Below are positions 49,079 through 61,609 of a stretch of DNA of 64,000 nucleotides, piece by piece. The position numbers and the translations under genes were made by a program. The DNA is from Mobula hypostoma (taxonomy: Eukaryota). A model generated the notes under the pieces. It was not told the DNA's origin. It saw only the letters and a program-made list of their open reading frames with translations, and made no database searches. Within the stretch, counting starts at the first letter, position 1. Each line of letters begins with the position of its first letter. The DNA lies in NCBI RefSeq assembly GCF_963921235.1, contig NC_086108.1, forward strand, positions 310,001-374,000, in the 5' to 3' direction.

Positions 49079-49300
49079 CTGGTTCAAGCTGACAGGAAGG
49101 TGACAGTAACTCAAATCACCTCACGTTACAACAGTGGTGTGCAGAAGAGCATCTCTAAACACACATGTCGAACCTTGAAGTGGATGGTGAAGAATACCAT
49201 TTTCACAATACCAGTAATATTATTGAAAAAAAAATAATGTTTACTTGCAGTCTATGCAGAAGTAAACATCATGATACTTGCAGCTGCCTAAATTGACATA

Positions 49301-50128
49301 CAGTGGTAGGAAATCGTTTGGGCACCCCTGGTCAAAATTTCTGTTACTGTGAATAGTTAAGTGAGTAGAAGATGAACTGATCTTCAAAAATCATAAAGTT
49401 GAAGATGACACATTCTTTTCAATGTTTTGAGCAAGATTAGTGTATTATTTTGGTTTTGTACAATTTTAGAGTGAAAAAAAAGGAAAGGAGCACCATTGAA
49501 AAGTTTAGGCACCCCAAAAGATTTGAACTCTCAGATAACTTTTACCAAGGTTTCAGACCTTAATTAGCTTGTTAGGGTTATGGCTTGTTCACAGTCATCA
49601 TTAGGAAAGGCCAGGTGATGGAAATTACAAAGCTTTATAAATACCCTGACTCCTCAAACCTTGTCCCAACAATCAGCAGCCATGGGCTCCTCTAAGCAGC
49701 TGCCTAGCACTCTGAAAATTAAAATAAATGATGCCCACAAAGCAGGAGAAAGCTATAAGATGATAACAAAGCATTTTCAGATAGCCATTTCCTCAGTTCA
49801 TAACGTAATTAAGAAGTGGATGTTAGCAGGAACGGTGGAGGTCAAGTTGAGGTCTGTAAGACCAAGAAAACTTTCCAAGAGAGTTACTTGTAGGATTGCT
49901 AGAAAGGCAAATCAAAACCCCTATTTGACTGCAAAAGACCTTCAGGAAGATTTAGCAGACTCTGGAGTGGTGGTGCACTGTTCTACTGTGCAGCGACTCT
50001 GAACAAATATGACCTTCATGGAAGAGTCATCAGAAGAAAACCTTTCCTGCATCCTCACCACAACTTTCAGCATCAGAAGTTTGAAAAGGAACGTCTAAGC
50101 AAGCCTGCTGCATTGTGGAAACAAGTCA
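49301..50128 (+). mobile_element. Tc1-like transposon, left end and transposase N-terminus (truncated)
   Basis: TA-CAGTGG...gtttgggcacccc with an internal direct repeat near 49501; MGSSKQLPSTLKIKINDAHKAGESYKMITKHF...SSVHNVIKKW. Confidence 0.85.
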
Positions 50129-50635
50129 ACGGTAGAATTGAGTTTTCTTCAGTTGGCAATTCTCCTAGCAGTGCCAGGATTTGTTTTTCTCAATGACTAT
50201 TTCTATATTTTAAAGATTCTTTGCTTCCTGCAAGGGAGGAGGTGTGAGGTTATTTGACTAACCATTGGTGGTAAGGTAATTTAGATTAGGAATCAATTAA
50301 AGCCAATTGTATGGACAACTGTCAACTTTCCCTTTTTTTTGCCTTGGAGAACAATGTAGAGTGATTTCTTTTTTTAAATCCTAACTTGCCCAAAGAGGTG
50401 AATATTAATGTACTGGGATCATGAATGTCATTCTGTGTCGTTTTCTTTACTGTGTATATTGGAACAAAAAGTCTGTCGTTCATAACTGTTTCATTAAATA
50501 AATCACAAGACCCACCCCAACTGAAATTTGTGGCCACTGATTATAATCAATGATGGGAAGGTTCAAATAATGAAATGCTTCAAATATTTGGGATAGCTTC
50601 ATTTTATCAGATTGCGTGTTTTAATTAGTTTTAAT

Positions 50636-50750
50636 CAGTGGCTGATGTCATCACAGTGGCTGATGACATCACAGTGGCTAATGACATCACAGTGGCTGAT
50701 GACATCACAGTGGCTGATGACATCACAGTGGCTGATGACATCACAGTGGC
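50636..50750. repeat. 18-bp minisatellite (CAGTGGCTGATGACATCA) x about 6.4
   Basis: Read directly from the sequence. Confidence 0.95.
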
Positions 50751-50963
50751 TTTAAATCAGAAACCATGAGAAATATTTTGGTATTGATATCAGATAAGAA
50801 GCACAAACTGTTGTGTCTCAGTCTTCAGCTAGGAAATGCTGGAGAGCTAAAGAGGTGATAACTCCCGAACAAATGGGGATGGGATGGAACAGATGCTTGC
50901 TCAGGCAGGATGAAGAGGAAAGATCTCAGGTAATTCCAAACTTGTCAGCAAGTGTTCAGTGTA

Positions 50964-52820
50964 CATAATATCGAAAAGGATACTAAAAGCTTTTTCAAGT
51001 ATATAAAGAGTAAAAGACAGGTGAGAGTAGATATAGAACTGATAGAAAATGATACTGGAGAAATTGTAATGGGAGATGAGGAGATGGCAGAGGAACTGAA
51101 CAAGTATTTTGCATCAGTCTTCACTGAGGAAGACAGCAGTATACCGGACACTCAAGGGTGGCAGGGAAGAGAAGTGTGCGCGGTCACAATTACGATAGAG
51201 AAAGTACTCAGGAAGCTGAATAGGCTAAAGGTCAATAAATCTCCTGGACCAGATGAAATGCACCCTCGTGTTCTGAAGGAAGTAGCTGTGGAGATTGCGG
51301 AGGCATTAGCGATGATCTTCAAAAGTCGATAGATTCTGGCATGGTTCCGGAGGACTGGAAGATTGCAAATGTCACTCCGCTATTTAAGAAGGGGGCAAGG
51401 AAGCAAAAAGGAAATTATAGACCTGTTAGCTTGACGTCGGTGGTTGGGAAGTTGTTGGAGTCGATTGTCAAGGATGAGGTTACGGAGTACCTGGAGGCAT
51501 ATGACAAGATAGGCAGAACTCAGCATGGATTCCTTAAAGGAAAATCCTGCCTGACAAACCTATTACAATTTTTTGAGGAAATTACAAGTAGGTTAGACAA
51601 GGGAGATGCAGTGGATGTTGTATATTTGGATTTTCAGAAGGCCTTTGACAAGGTGCCACACATGAGGCTGCTTAACAAGATAAGAGCCCATGGAATTACA
51701 GGAAAGTTACATATGTGGATAGAGTGTTGGCTGATTGGCAGGAAACAGAGAGTGGGAATAAAGGGATCCTATTCTGGTTGGCTGCCAGTTACCAGTGGTG
51801 TTCCACAGGGATCAGTGTTGGGGCCGCTTCTTTTTACATTGTACATCAATGATTTGGATTATGGAATAGAGGGCTTTGTGGCTAAGTTTGCTGACGATAC
51901 GAAGATAGGTGGAGGGGCCGGTAGTGCTGAGGAAATGGAGAATCTGCAGAGAGACTTGGATAGATTGGAAGAATGGGCAGAGAAGTGGCAAATGAAGTAC
52001 AATGTTGGAAAGTGTATGGTTATGCACTTTGGCAGAAAAAATAAACGGGCAGACTATTATTTAAATGGGGAAAGAATTCAAAGTTCTGAGATGCAACGGG
52101 ACTTGGGAGTCCTCGTACAGGATTCCCTTAAAGTTAACCTCCAGGTTGAGTCAGTAGTGAAGAAGGCGAATGCAATGTTGGCATTCATTTCTAGAGGAAT
52201 AGAGTATAGGAGCAGAGATGTGATGTTGAGGCTCTATAAGGCGCTGGTGAGACTTCACTTGGAGTACTGTGGGCAGTTTTGGTCTCCTTATTTAAGAAAG
52301 GATGTGCTGACGTTGGAGAGGGTACAGAGAAGATTCACTAGAATGATTCCGGGAATGAGAGGGTTAACGTATGAGGAACGTTTGTCCGCTCTTGGACTGT
52401 ATTCCTTGGAGTTTAGAAGAATGAGAGGAGACCTCATAGAAACATTTCGAATGTTGAAAGGCATGGACAGAGTGGATGTGGCAAAGTTGTTTCCCATGAT
52501 GGGGGAGTCTAGTACGAGAGGGCATGACTTCAGGATTGAAGGGCGCCCTTTCAGAACAGAAATGCAAAAAAAATTTTTTAGTCAGAGGGTGGTGAATCTA
52601 TGGAATTTGTTGCCACGGGCAGCAGTGGAGGCCAAGTCATTGGGTGTCTTTAAGGCAGAGATTGATAGGTATCTGAGTAGCCAGGGCATCAAAGGTTATG
52701 GTGAGAAGGCGGGGGAGTGGGACTAAATAGGATAAAATGGATCAGCTCATGATAAAATGGCGGAGCAGACTCCATGGGCCGAATGGCCTACTTCTGCTCC
52801 TTTGTCTTATGGTCTTATGG
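50964..52820 (+). mobile_element. 5'-truncated CR1, RT largely open with one frameshift near 51320
   Basis: ORFs 50952-51332 and 51341-52726; (TCTTATGG)n tail. Confidence 0.92.
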
Positions 52821-53556
52821 TACAGGTGGCCCCCGTTTTTCGAATGTTCACTTTACGACACCTCGCTGTTACGAAAGACCTACATTAGTTACCTGTTTTC
52901 ACTGATAAGAAAGTGTTTTCACTGTTACAAAAAAATACAGTGCGCACCCCGAGCAGCGAGAGTAGTGAAAATAGAGTTCAGCGTTTGTTGTGAAGCGAGC
53001 CGTTATAGTGGCAGCACGCACCCCGAGCAGTGAAAAGCGAAATAGTGTTCAGCGTTTGTTGTGAAGCGAGCCGTTATAGAGGCAGCGTGCACCCTGAGCT
53101 GCAAGAGTGGTGAAAAGCCAAGCTTCTTCCCCGGGAACTACACTCAGTATCTCAGCATTAAGCTGCCATAGCTTTGAACTGCGTGAGATTTTCGCTACAA
53201 TTGACAATGCTGCAATGATTGCAGAAAAGTATGACTTTAACTTTGAAAGGGCACGTAGGTTCAGGACAGGTTTGCAGGATGTTTTGAGTGCTTACAAAGA
53301 ACTGTATGATAGAAAGACGTGTGAACCTTCCAGCGTGCTGGCTGTCTTCTTGACTCTGCTAAGTGAAACTACGCTGTACATCAGTGGTCCCCAACCTCTG
53401 GGCCGCGGACCGGTACCGATCAGCGAAGCATGCAGGGGTGCAGCAGTAGCCGGAACGCACCCAGAAAAAAGCCGAAATAAACAAGCTAATTAGGTGCCGC
53501 CCAGCACGTAAATGTCAGCCCAGATCAGAGACGATGCAATCAGCACCTAATTAATT

Positions 53557-54165
53557 AACACACATAAAAGTTGCTGGTGAATGCAGCAGGCCAGGCAGCA
53601 TCTATAGGAAGAGGTACAGTCGACGTTTCGGGCCGAGACCCTTCGTCAGGACAAACTGTAGGAAGAGCTAGTAAGAGATTTGAAAGCGGGAGGGGGGAGG
53701 GGAGATCCGAAATGATAGGAGACGACAGGAGGGGGAAGGATGGAGCCAAGAGGTGGACAGCTGATTGGCAAAAGGGATATGAGAGGGTCATGGGACAGGA
53801 GACCAAGGGAGAAAGAAAGGGGAAGGGGGGAAGCCCAGAGGATGGGCAATAATGGATGGGGTACAAGGGGGAGGTGGGGCATTAACAGAAGTTAGAGAAG
53901 TCAATGTTCATGCCATCAGGTTGGAAGCTACCCAGACGGAGTATAAGGTGTTGTTCCTCCAACCTGAGTGTGGCTTCATCTTTACAGTCGAGGAGGCCAT
54001 GGATAGACATATCGGAATGGGAATGGGATGTGGAATTAAAATGTGTGGCCACTGGGAGATCCTGCTTTCTCTGGCGGAACAATCTCCCAGTCTGCATCGG
54101 GTCTTGCCAATATATAGAAGGCCACATCGGGAGCACCGGACTCAGTATATCACCCCAGCCGAATG
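53557..54165 (-). mobile_element. Penelope 3' fragment with pLTR
   Basis: DLPVATHFNS...RLEEQHLILRLGSFQPDGMNIDFS; similar to 31020-31706. Confidence 0.88.
53617..53652 (-). ncRNA. Minimal hammerhead ribozyme
   Basis: Minus strand reads GUC-CUGACGA-aGGGUCucGGCCC-GAAA-CG-UC^GACUG. Confidence 0.7.
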
Positions 54166-56059
54166 TGCTGGGTGCGTCCTGGCTACCGCTGCACCACTGC
54201 ATGCTTCGCGGATCTCATTCTCCGCCGCTCCAAGGAGGAAAGACCGAGTTCACTCGGCATGATCCCTAATCCAGCAACAGCCTTGTAAATCTCCTCTGCA
54301 CCCTTTCTATAGTTTCCACATCCTTCCTCCAGTGAGGTGACCAGAACTGAGCAGAGTACTCCAAGTCGGGTCTGACCAGGGTCCTATATAGCTGTAACAT
54401 TACCTCTCGGCTCTTCAACAGAGTTTACCAGTAATCAAGCCTGATCTGGCTTGATACCCGAATCTGCGGACAGTTCTGGATCAGTGTGTGCACACACTTG
54501 GCTGGTGGAGGGTGTCTGCAGCACAGCCTTCCTCTTCTAAGCTGTTTGGTTTCCCTGCTTTCTCTCAGGCTTCAGATTTCCTGTCATGGCCACAGAACTA
54601 ACCAGCGTTCAGCAACAGTCTGCACTCTGCAGACCGCTGAAGACCGGAATCTGCTAACAGAGTTCCTCAGTTCGAGGAACCAGAAGTAAAAGCTGAAGCT
54701 GCCTGTGTTCATTTGGGTGCCCGGGTTACAGATGGTCCCAATCTGGGTCAACAGTGAACTCACCCTCCCTGAGAAATAGAAATTTCCACATCTTAGCTAG
54801 CCCTACAACGATTATAATTCAATAAAAACTACAACTTCCATTTAGACAGAGCCTGCATTGTCCCAAGAGAGCCTGTAAAAAGTGTGAGACCCAGTCACAT
54901 CAAGAACCATTAAGATGATCAAAGGTAGGGGTTCTGAGGAGGGTTTTAATGGAAGTGGAGAGGCTGAGAGGTGTGAGGAAGGGCATCTCACCTGCCAGTG
55001 GCCGAGTGAGAGGAATCATGAGATGGGGAACAAAAGGGATCAGAGGTGTCAGCTAACTTTCCGATCTAGGAAAGGGACAGCACAGGAAAGGATGAGAAGG
55101 GATGAGAATTTTAAAACCGAGGTACTGCTAGGCTGGTAGGACAGCAGGCCGGTGTGACAGGGTTCCGTGCAAGTTAGGGGACATCAGCATTATTGAAAAG
55201 TGACGTGTTGGCTGTGAAACGCTCTCACAATTCCCAAGGCTATGAAACTCATGCGAGCAAAGTGCTAAATAAATAACGCTGCAATTGCTGGAATGTGAAA
55301 CTAAACACAACTCATCCAGCAAGCAAGTTCTTCCAGTATTTCTGCTTCTTTCCTTTCATTCCCCCCCCCCCCCAATTGGGAAGGTGCAAGAGGTCGGCCC
55401 ATTCAAACAACACTTCGTGTAATATTCAACTGCCCTCAATCATCTTCGTGAAGTTTGGGTTTTACAAAGCATCCCGTCTCATTTTGTACACTTACAGACT
55501 GAACGCTTTGCCCTGGTGTGGGATACCCCTTTACATCCTTTGTGAGCAGAGACTATGTTCAGTAAGAATTAAATAGGAGGCCGTCACTGGTCACAGATAC
55601 TGCTCTGTTTTCACCAGAGTGAGGTAAGACATCACTCCAATAGAACCAACCTGCCTCCAAAGCATTGTGCAAAGTAGGCAGATTAGAAGGAAAAGCACTG
55701 ATTACAAGCCCCACAGACAGCGAAGAGTCCCAGATGTTATAACTGGTCAGTGCCGATACGATCAGCAAAAGGAATACTGTGACTGCAGAAAACATCTATT
55801 CCTGGTTATTACCCACTGACCATTATGGGGCTGAAATTCAATCAGGGATGAATGTAACACCATTCACAGCCAAACAATGTCATAAATTCACAGTGAAGTA
55901 TTACCACTAGTAGAATCACTTGCAACATGAACAGAAACTATTTAGTTCACTGAGCCTGTAGTGGTCTTACTGAGGCCCCTCCATTTGAATTGTGGCACAG
56001 TGGACAACATTCCTCGGGTCAAATTCAAAGCCCCTCCAGAGCCTTGACTTGCACAAATC

Positions 56060-57260
56060 AAAAACGCAAGAGATTGTGCTGGAAATCTCGAGTAACAGAT
56101 ACAAAATGCTGGAGGAACTCAGCAGGTCAGGTAGCATTTATGGAAAGGATAAAACAGTCAGTGTTTCTGGCTGAGACACTTCCACAGGACTGGAAAGGAA
56201 GGGGGAAAAGCCAGGATAAAAATACGGGGGAGGGAAAGGAGGACAAGCTCGACGGTGATAGGTAAAGCCAGATGAGGGGGAAGGTAGGTGAGTGTGGAGG
56301 GTGGAGGGAGCATGAAGTCAGAAGCTGGGAGCTGATAGGTGGAACAAGTAAAGGCATGAAGAAGGAGAAATCTGATAGGAGAGGAGAGTGGACATTGGGA
56401 GAAAGGGAAGAAGGAGGAGTATCAGAGGGAGGTGATAGTCGAGTGAGAACGGAAGGGGTAAGAGAGAGCTAGAGTCGGCAATGGAAGAGGGAAGGGGAGA
56501 GAAGATACAGAAATCAATGTGCATGCCATCAAGGTGAAGGCCACCCAGACGGAATATGAGGCGTTGCTCCTCCAACCCGAGAGTAGCCCCATCGTTGCAG
56601 TAGAAGAGGCCATGGACCAACATGTCGGAATGGGAATAGGTTTTGGAATTAAATGGTTGGCCACTGGGAAATCCTGCTTGTTACAAACGGAGCAAAGATG
56701 CTCGACACAGTGTACCTCAATCTACGTTGGATTTCACCGATGTAGAGGAGGCCACATCAGGAGTACCGGAAATAGTAGATTTCCAGACTGCAGCTAGTGC
56801 TGCCTCACCTAAAAGAACTGCTTAGGGCTCTGAATGGTGGTGAGTGTGGTGAACCATGTATATATGTTGTAACTGGGTTACCTGTCTGGACAGGCCCCTC
56901 TGCTGACTGCTCCTGTGGCTCCTCCCACACACCCCGGAATAAAGGTGATTGGGTCACTGCTCCTCCCTCAGTCCGGGGCAGATACCCAGCATGGACGTTG
57001 GGCCATTTACTGTCAATAAAAGCCTTTCAGTATTTACTCTACTTCCAGTCGTTTGGAGTAATTGATAGTGCATCAGTGAGGGAAGGTGAATGGGCACCTT
57101 TTGTCACATGCAGGGATATGTGCCAGAAGGGAGGTTAGTGAGGAGGGTCAAATGGACAAGATAATCACAGTGAGAGGAATCTCTGTGGAAAGCGGAGAGC
57201 AGGGGAGTGGGGTGGGGGGTGGGGGGGAGCGTTAAGATGGGTTTGGATGGTGGAATCAAG
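56060..57260 (-). mobile_element. Old Penelope fragment
   Basis: LGLEEQRLIFRLGGLHLDGMHIDF, LPSGTYPC; degenerate pLTR. Confidence 0.7.
56845..57075 (+). mobile_element. Solo LTR (231 bp) with 5-bp TSD
   Basis: TG...CA termini; internal AATAAA; TSD GTGAG at 56840-56844 and 57076-57080. Confidence 0.8.
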
Positions 57261-57625
57261 GCTAATGATCTGCTGAGGGTGGAGGTCCAAATAAGACATT
57301 GCACCAGACTCTGTCTGCACATTCAGATCCTGTCACAAGTAAAGGGTCAGGGGAGTTCTCCAGTGTCCTGGGACCAATACTCACCACTAAAATATACAAT
57401 TTGGTCTGCGTTACACCGCTGTTTGAGAGAGCCTGCTGTGTGAAAACTGGTTCCTATGTTTCCCACATTAGAAAGATTCTCAATTCCGATATATCTCCTT
57501 ATTGGCGAAATACAGTTTTGTCCTGGAAGGAATGTGAAAGGATCGGTTTTACATTTATCCTTCCTCCATATTATTCGGACAAACTGCAAAGGGCAAACAC
57601 TGAGTGCCAGACACAAAGCCATTAC

Positions 57626-57759
57626 CTTCATTAAACACTCGATCCACATTGAGTCCATACGTCGTACAGGTCTCATAATACATGCAGCGTTTCAAGTCAA
57701 CGCAGAGTTTACGTTCCCGACATCATCAATGACTCGCGGATTGGTGGCACTGATTGCAT
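57626..57759 (-). pseudogene. AGAP2: AGAP-family (AGAP2-like) GTPase-like-domain exon with a 1-nt deletion
   Basis: Acceptor ctccctcacttgcAG and donor GAAG|GTAATG. Reads [13 protein letters not shown][frameshift][31 protein letters not shown], matching the AGAP motif PRVIDD.RAR.L..D.KRC.YYETCATYGLNV.RVF. Length 134 nt is not a multiple of 3, and the entry frame hits TGA. Confidence 0.85.
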
Positions 57760-57899
57760 CTGCAAGTGAGGGAGGCAAGGCTTTTAGATGTCAAATGACA
57801 GACATTGAGAACTGTTCCATGACTAATGCCCTGGATGCTAATAAACTTACTCATATTTCAAAGAAAACAAACCCCAGTTCATATTATTAGATTTTCGTA

Positions 57900-59260
57900 G
57901 AGAAATGATCGGAAATGATGCAAGGAGAGAGAATTCTGGGAAGGAGAAGGAAGCCATCCACCATCTTAAAATGTAATACTTCTCCAGTAACGTTTCAAAA
58001 AAAAGGAAAAGCAAACATTAAAACTGTAACTAAATTGCATTCAAAAGGAAAAATATTAAACGTGAGATTTACAAAATCACTAACAAAAAAGAGTACTATC
58101 ATTTAAGAATGTGAAAAGTACCTACACTCACAAAATCAGGGCAAGAACCCTCAGAATATAAAAATCTAAATCTGTAAGCTAAATATTAACTTTATTTTGA
58201 AAAAATGGAAATGAAAAACAGATTAAAAAAAAGGAAAACAGTGCGTTAATTAGTCCTCAGCAGAGGAAGACAATTTGTCGAGAAAACTTTGAGCTTCGCC
58301 CGGAGTTTTAAACAAACGACGAGAATTGTCTGGCATAACAACTCTCAAACAGGTTGGGAACAGCAACGCTAATTTATAGCCCTGGCAATAAAGTTCTGAC
58401 ATCTGTGGTTTAAAAGCCATCCGTTTTTTCAATACTTCCTGGCTGAAATCCTCAACAATATGAAATTTAAAAGTTTGAAACTCGATCATGCCTTTCCGCC
58501 GAGCAGCTGGTATCACTTGTTCCTTAACATGTACATAATGAAAACGAATAATGGCGGGCCTCGGTTTAAATTGTTTAGCCAGTTTAGCACGTAAAGCTAA
58601 CAATGGGGGTTACAATGCGCGGTCTAACAATGGGGGTTCCTCCAATATATCTGGACCAAACACATCCACTAACAATTTAGAAAAGTACTTAGTAGGATCT
58701 CCCGTCGCAACATCTTCAGGAAAACTGATTATTTGCAGTTTCTGTCGTCGAGAGCGATTTTCAAGATCGATAATCTTTGCTTTATAACACTCCAACTGCT
58801 GAGTTACCGAAGTTAAATTTTTTACAAGAGATTCAATTCTTCAATCCCTTTTGCGGCCATCTTCGTCTAGTTCCGGGATTCTAATTGGTTGTTGATCAAT
58901 TTCGCGTCTGAATGATTTAACGTCATCTTGAATTGTCTTTAAAACTTCTTCAAACACAGTGAATCTTTGGTTAAATGTATTCTCTAGAAGTTTCTTCATT
59001 ATTTCAACAGTTAATGGAGTCTCCTTCGATGTTTCAGGATCGCCATCTTTTTTTCCGTTCCCACCGGAGCCTTTTCCGCTTTTAACTTCTCGTGCTCTGG
59101 AATGCATTTTCAATCAGTAAAAATCGAAGTTCAAAGATATATTTGTCGTATAAATCCTTTAGTGTAGGTATAGATAAAGTAAATAAGGGTGGTTACCTGT
59201 AAAAAAGATGAAGGGAATGGAGCGACACCAAAGTATAGCTCACTCCATGAGCGCCCCTGG
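57900..59260 (-). mobile_element. L1 5' end: 5'UTR, frameshifted ORF1 and T-rich spacer; ORF2 absent
   Basis: DLENRSRRQKLQIISFPE, PPLLDRA, KPRPAIIRFH, EDFSQEV and LFPTCLRV are L1 ORF1 motifs. Confidence 0.8.
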
Positions 59261-60502
59261 AAAGTCGGACACTAATAAACTTGAAGTTAATTTCAATAAT
59301 AAGGAATTTGAAATTAGTATGCACCTGAGAACAAATCAAATTTGATTATTTCCAGAGATAACTTAGTGCGACACACATAATACAGAAGGGTGGTAATGTG
59401 TCATCATGCTGAATGCCTGTTGCAGACTGACCTTGTACTTCTAAATCTTTCACGGCATTGAAATGAATACAGGCAAAGGCCCTGGTTAAATGTGCCTTCT
59501 TCCCCAACCTTCCTTTATTAACTTCTGCCTGGAGATTTGAGATGAAGATTTTTTTGATCAGAATGGGTTGATTACCTCTGTAGCAGAATGCAAGGTGACC
59601 TAACTGAAATGTATAAATACAAATGAGCTCCTCGGCACGGGTGCTGAAAGGCTGTTCTACTTGTCTCGAATGTCTGCCTCAGTATTGGGGAATTGGCCAT
59701 TTAGTGCTGAGAAGAGGAATGTCTTCAGTCCGAGCTGTGGAACTGTGCCCAGAGAGAAAGGGAGGCAGAGTTATTGTGTAAATTCAAAGCCAAGGGAAAT
59801 ACTGATTTTTGGGCTATCAGGGAGTCCAGGAAATGGAGCAAAGGCAGGGGATCTGCCATGATCTTATTGAATGTCAGAGCAGACACAAAGGACTGAAAGA
59901 CCTCCTCCTACTTCCATCTTTTATGCTTGTATCTCCTAACCTGAATTCATTCTTTTCCAATACCTGTTGTGTTGAACTCTTTACCTCCCTCAACATTTCT
60001 TTCTCTTCTCCACCAGTTTTCACGCTCTTAAAATTTGCAACAACCTCACCACAGAATTTTCCATCTTCCTTGGCTTGCTAATGTCTTTAGAGAGCAAGAC
60101 TCTTCTGGGTAGGGAGGTACACGCGTAATTTGGAATTCCTTTGAAAATAGCTACTGGGGGGCCGGGGGGGGGGGGGTGGTGGCTGTAGGATCCCGGAGAG
60201 ATGCTCAAGGTATGGAGCCTTAGGCCTCATCCATTCCACAAAAAGTAGGAGTAGCCAGTCAGCCCTTTGAGTTACTCCACCAGTCAATATGATCACAGCG
60301 GATCATTAAGATTCAGGAGAGCCACGAGAGACTGCTGATCCTGGAATCTGGAGCAACAAACAACCTGCTGGAATAACTCAGTGGGTACAACAGCATCTGT
60401 GGGAGGAAAGGAATTGTCAATGTTTCGGGCCAAACTCTTTTATCGGGACCTTTTCCAGATTCTGAATCATGTTCCTGTTTCCTCCTTATGTTCTTCGCTT
60501 CC

Positions 60503-61609
60503 TTTAACCCCAAGAACTATACAGTGCCTGTAAAAAGTCTTTATCCCTCTCGCAAGTTCTCCTGTTTTTTAACATTGAAACACAGTTGATTTAATTTAAC
60601 CCCAAGAACTATACAGTGCCTGTAAAAAGTCTTTATCCCTCTCGCAAGTTCTCCTGTTTTTTAACATTGAAACACAGTTGATTTAATTTAACCCCAAGAA
60701 CTATACAGTGCCTGTAAAAAGTCTTTATCCCTCTCGCAAGTTCTCCTGTTTTTTAACATTGAAACACAGTTGATTTAATTTAACCCCAAGAACTATACAG
60801 TGCCTGTAAAAAGTCTTTATCCCTCTCGCAAGTTCTCCTGTTTTTTAACATTGAAACGCAGTTGATTTAATTTAACCCCAAGAACTATACAGTGCCTGTA
60901 AAAAGTCTTTATCCCTCTCGCAAGTTCTCCTGTTTTTTAACATTGAAACGCAGTTGATTTAATTTAACCCCAAGAACTATACAGTGCCTGTAAAAAGTCT
61001 TTATCCCTCTCGCAAGTTCTCCTGTTTTTTAACATTGAAACACAGTTGATTTAATTTAACCCCAAGAACTATACAGTGCCTGTACAAAGTCTTTATCCCT
61101 CTCGCAAGTTCTCCTGTTTTTTAACATTGAAACACAGTTGATTTAATTTAACCCCAAGAACTATACAGTGCCTGTAAAAAGTCTTTATCCCTCTTGCAAG
61201 TTCTCCTGTTTTTTAACATTGAAACACAGTTGATTTAATTTAACCCCAAGAACTATACAGTGCCTGTAAAAAGTCTTTATCCCTCTCGCAAGTTCTCCTG
61301 TTTTTTAACATTGAAACACAGTTGATTTAATTTAACCCCAAGAACTATACAGTGCCTGTAAAAAGTCTTTATCCCTCTCGCAAGTTCTCCTGTTTTTTAA
61401 CATTGAAACACAGTTGATTTAATTTAACCCCAAGAACTATACAGTGCCTGTACAAAGTCTTTATCCCTCTCGCAAGTTCTCCTGTTTTTTAACATTGAAA
61501 CACAGTTGATTTAATTTAACCCCAAGAACTATACAGTGCCTGTACAAAGTCTTTATCTCTCTTGCAAGTTCTCCTGTTTTATAACATTGAAACACAGTTG
61601 ATTTAATTT
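60503..61609 (+). repeat. 92-bp tandem array (12 copies) spanning a Tc1 left end
   Basis: aaccccaag recurs every 92 bp (60506 to 61518); each unit contains TA-CAGTGCCTGTAAAAAGT; the last unit runs into Tc1 sequence. Confidence 0.95.

Noticed and set aside
55559..55795. Hydrophobic minus-strand ORF with an acceptor-like site as the next AGAP exon
   Set aside because: No resemblance to the expected AQKxV...CKSLP exon and no other support.
60503..61609. CRISPR-like regular array
   Set aside because: Units are contiguous with no unique spacers, there are no cas genes, and the context is eukaryotic; it is a Tc1-end satellite.
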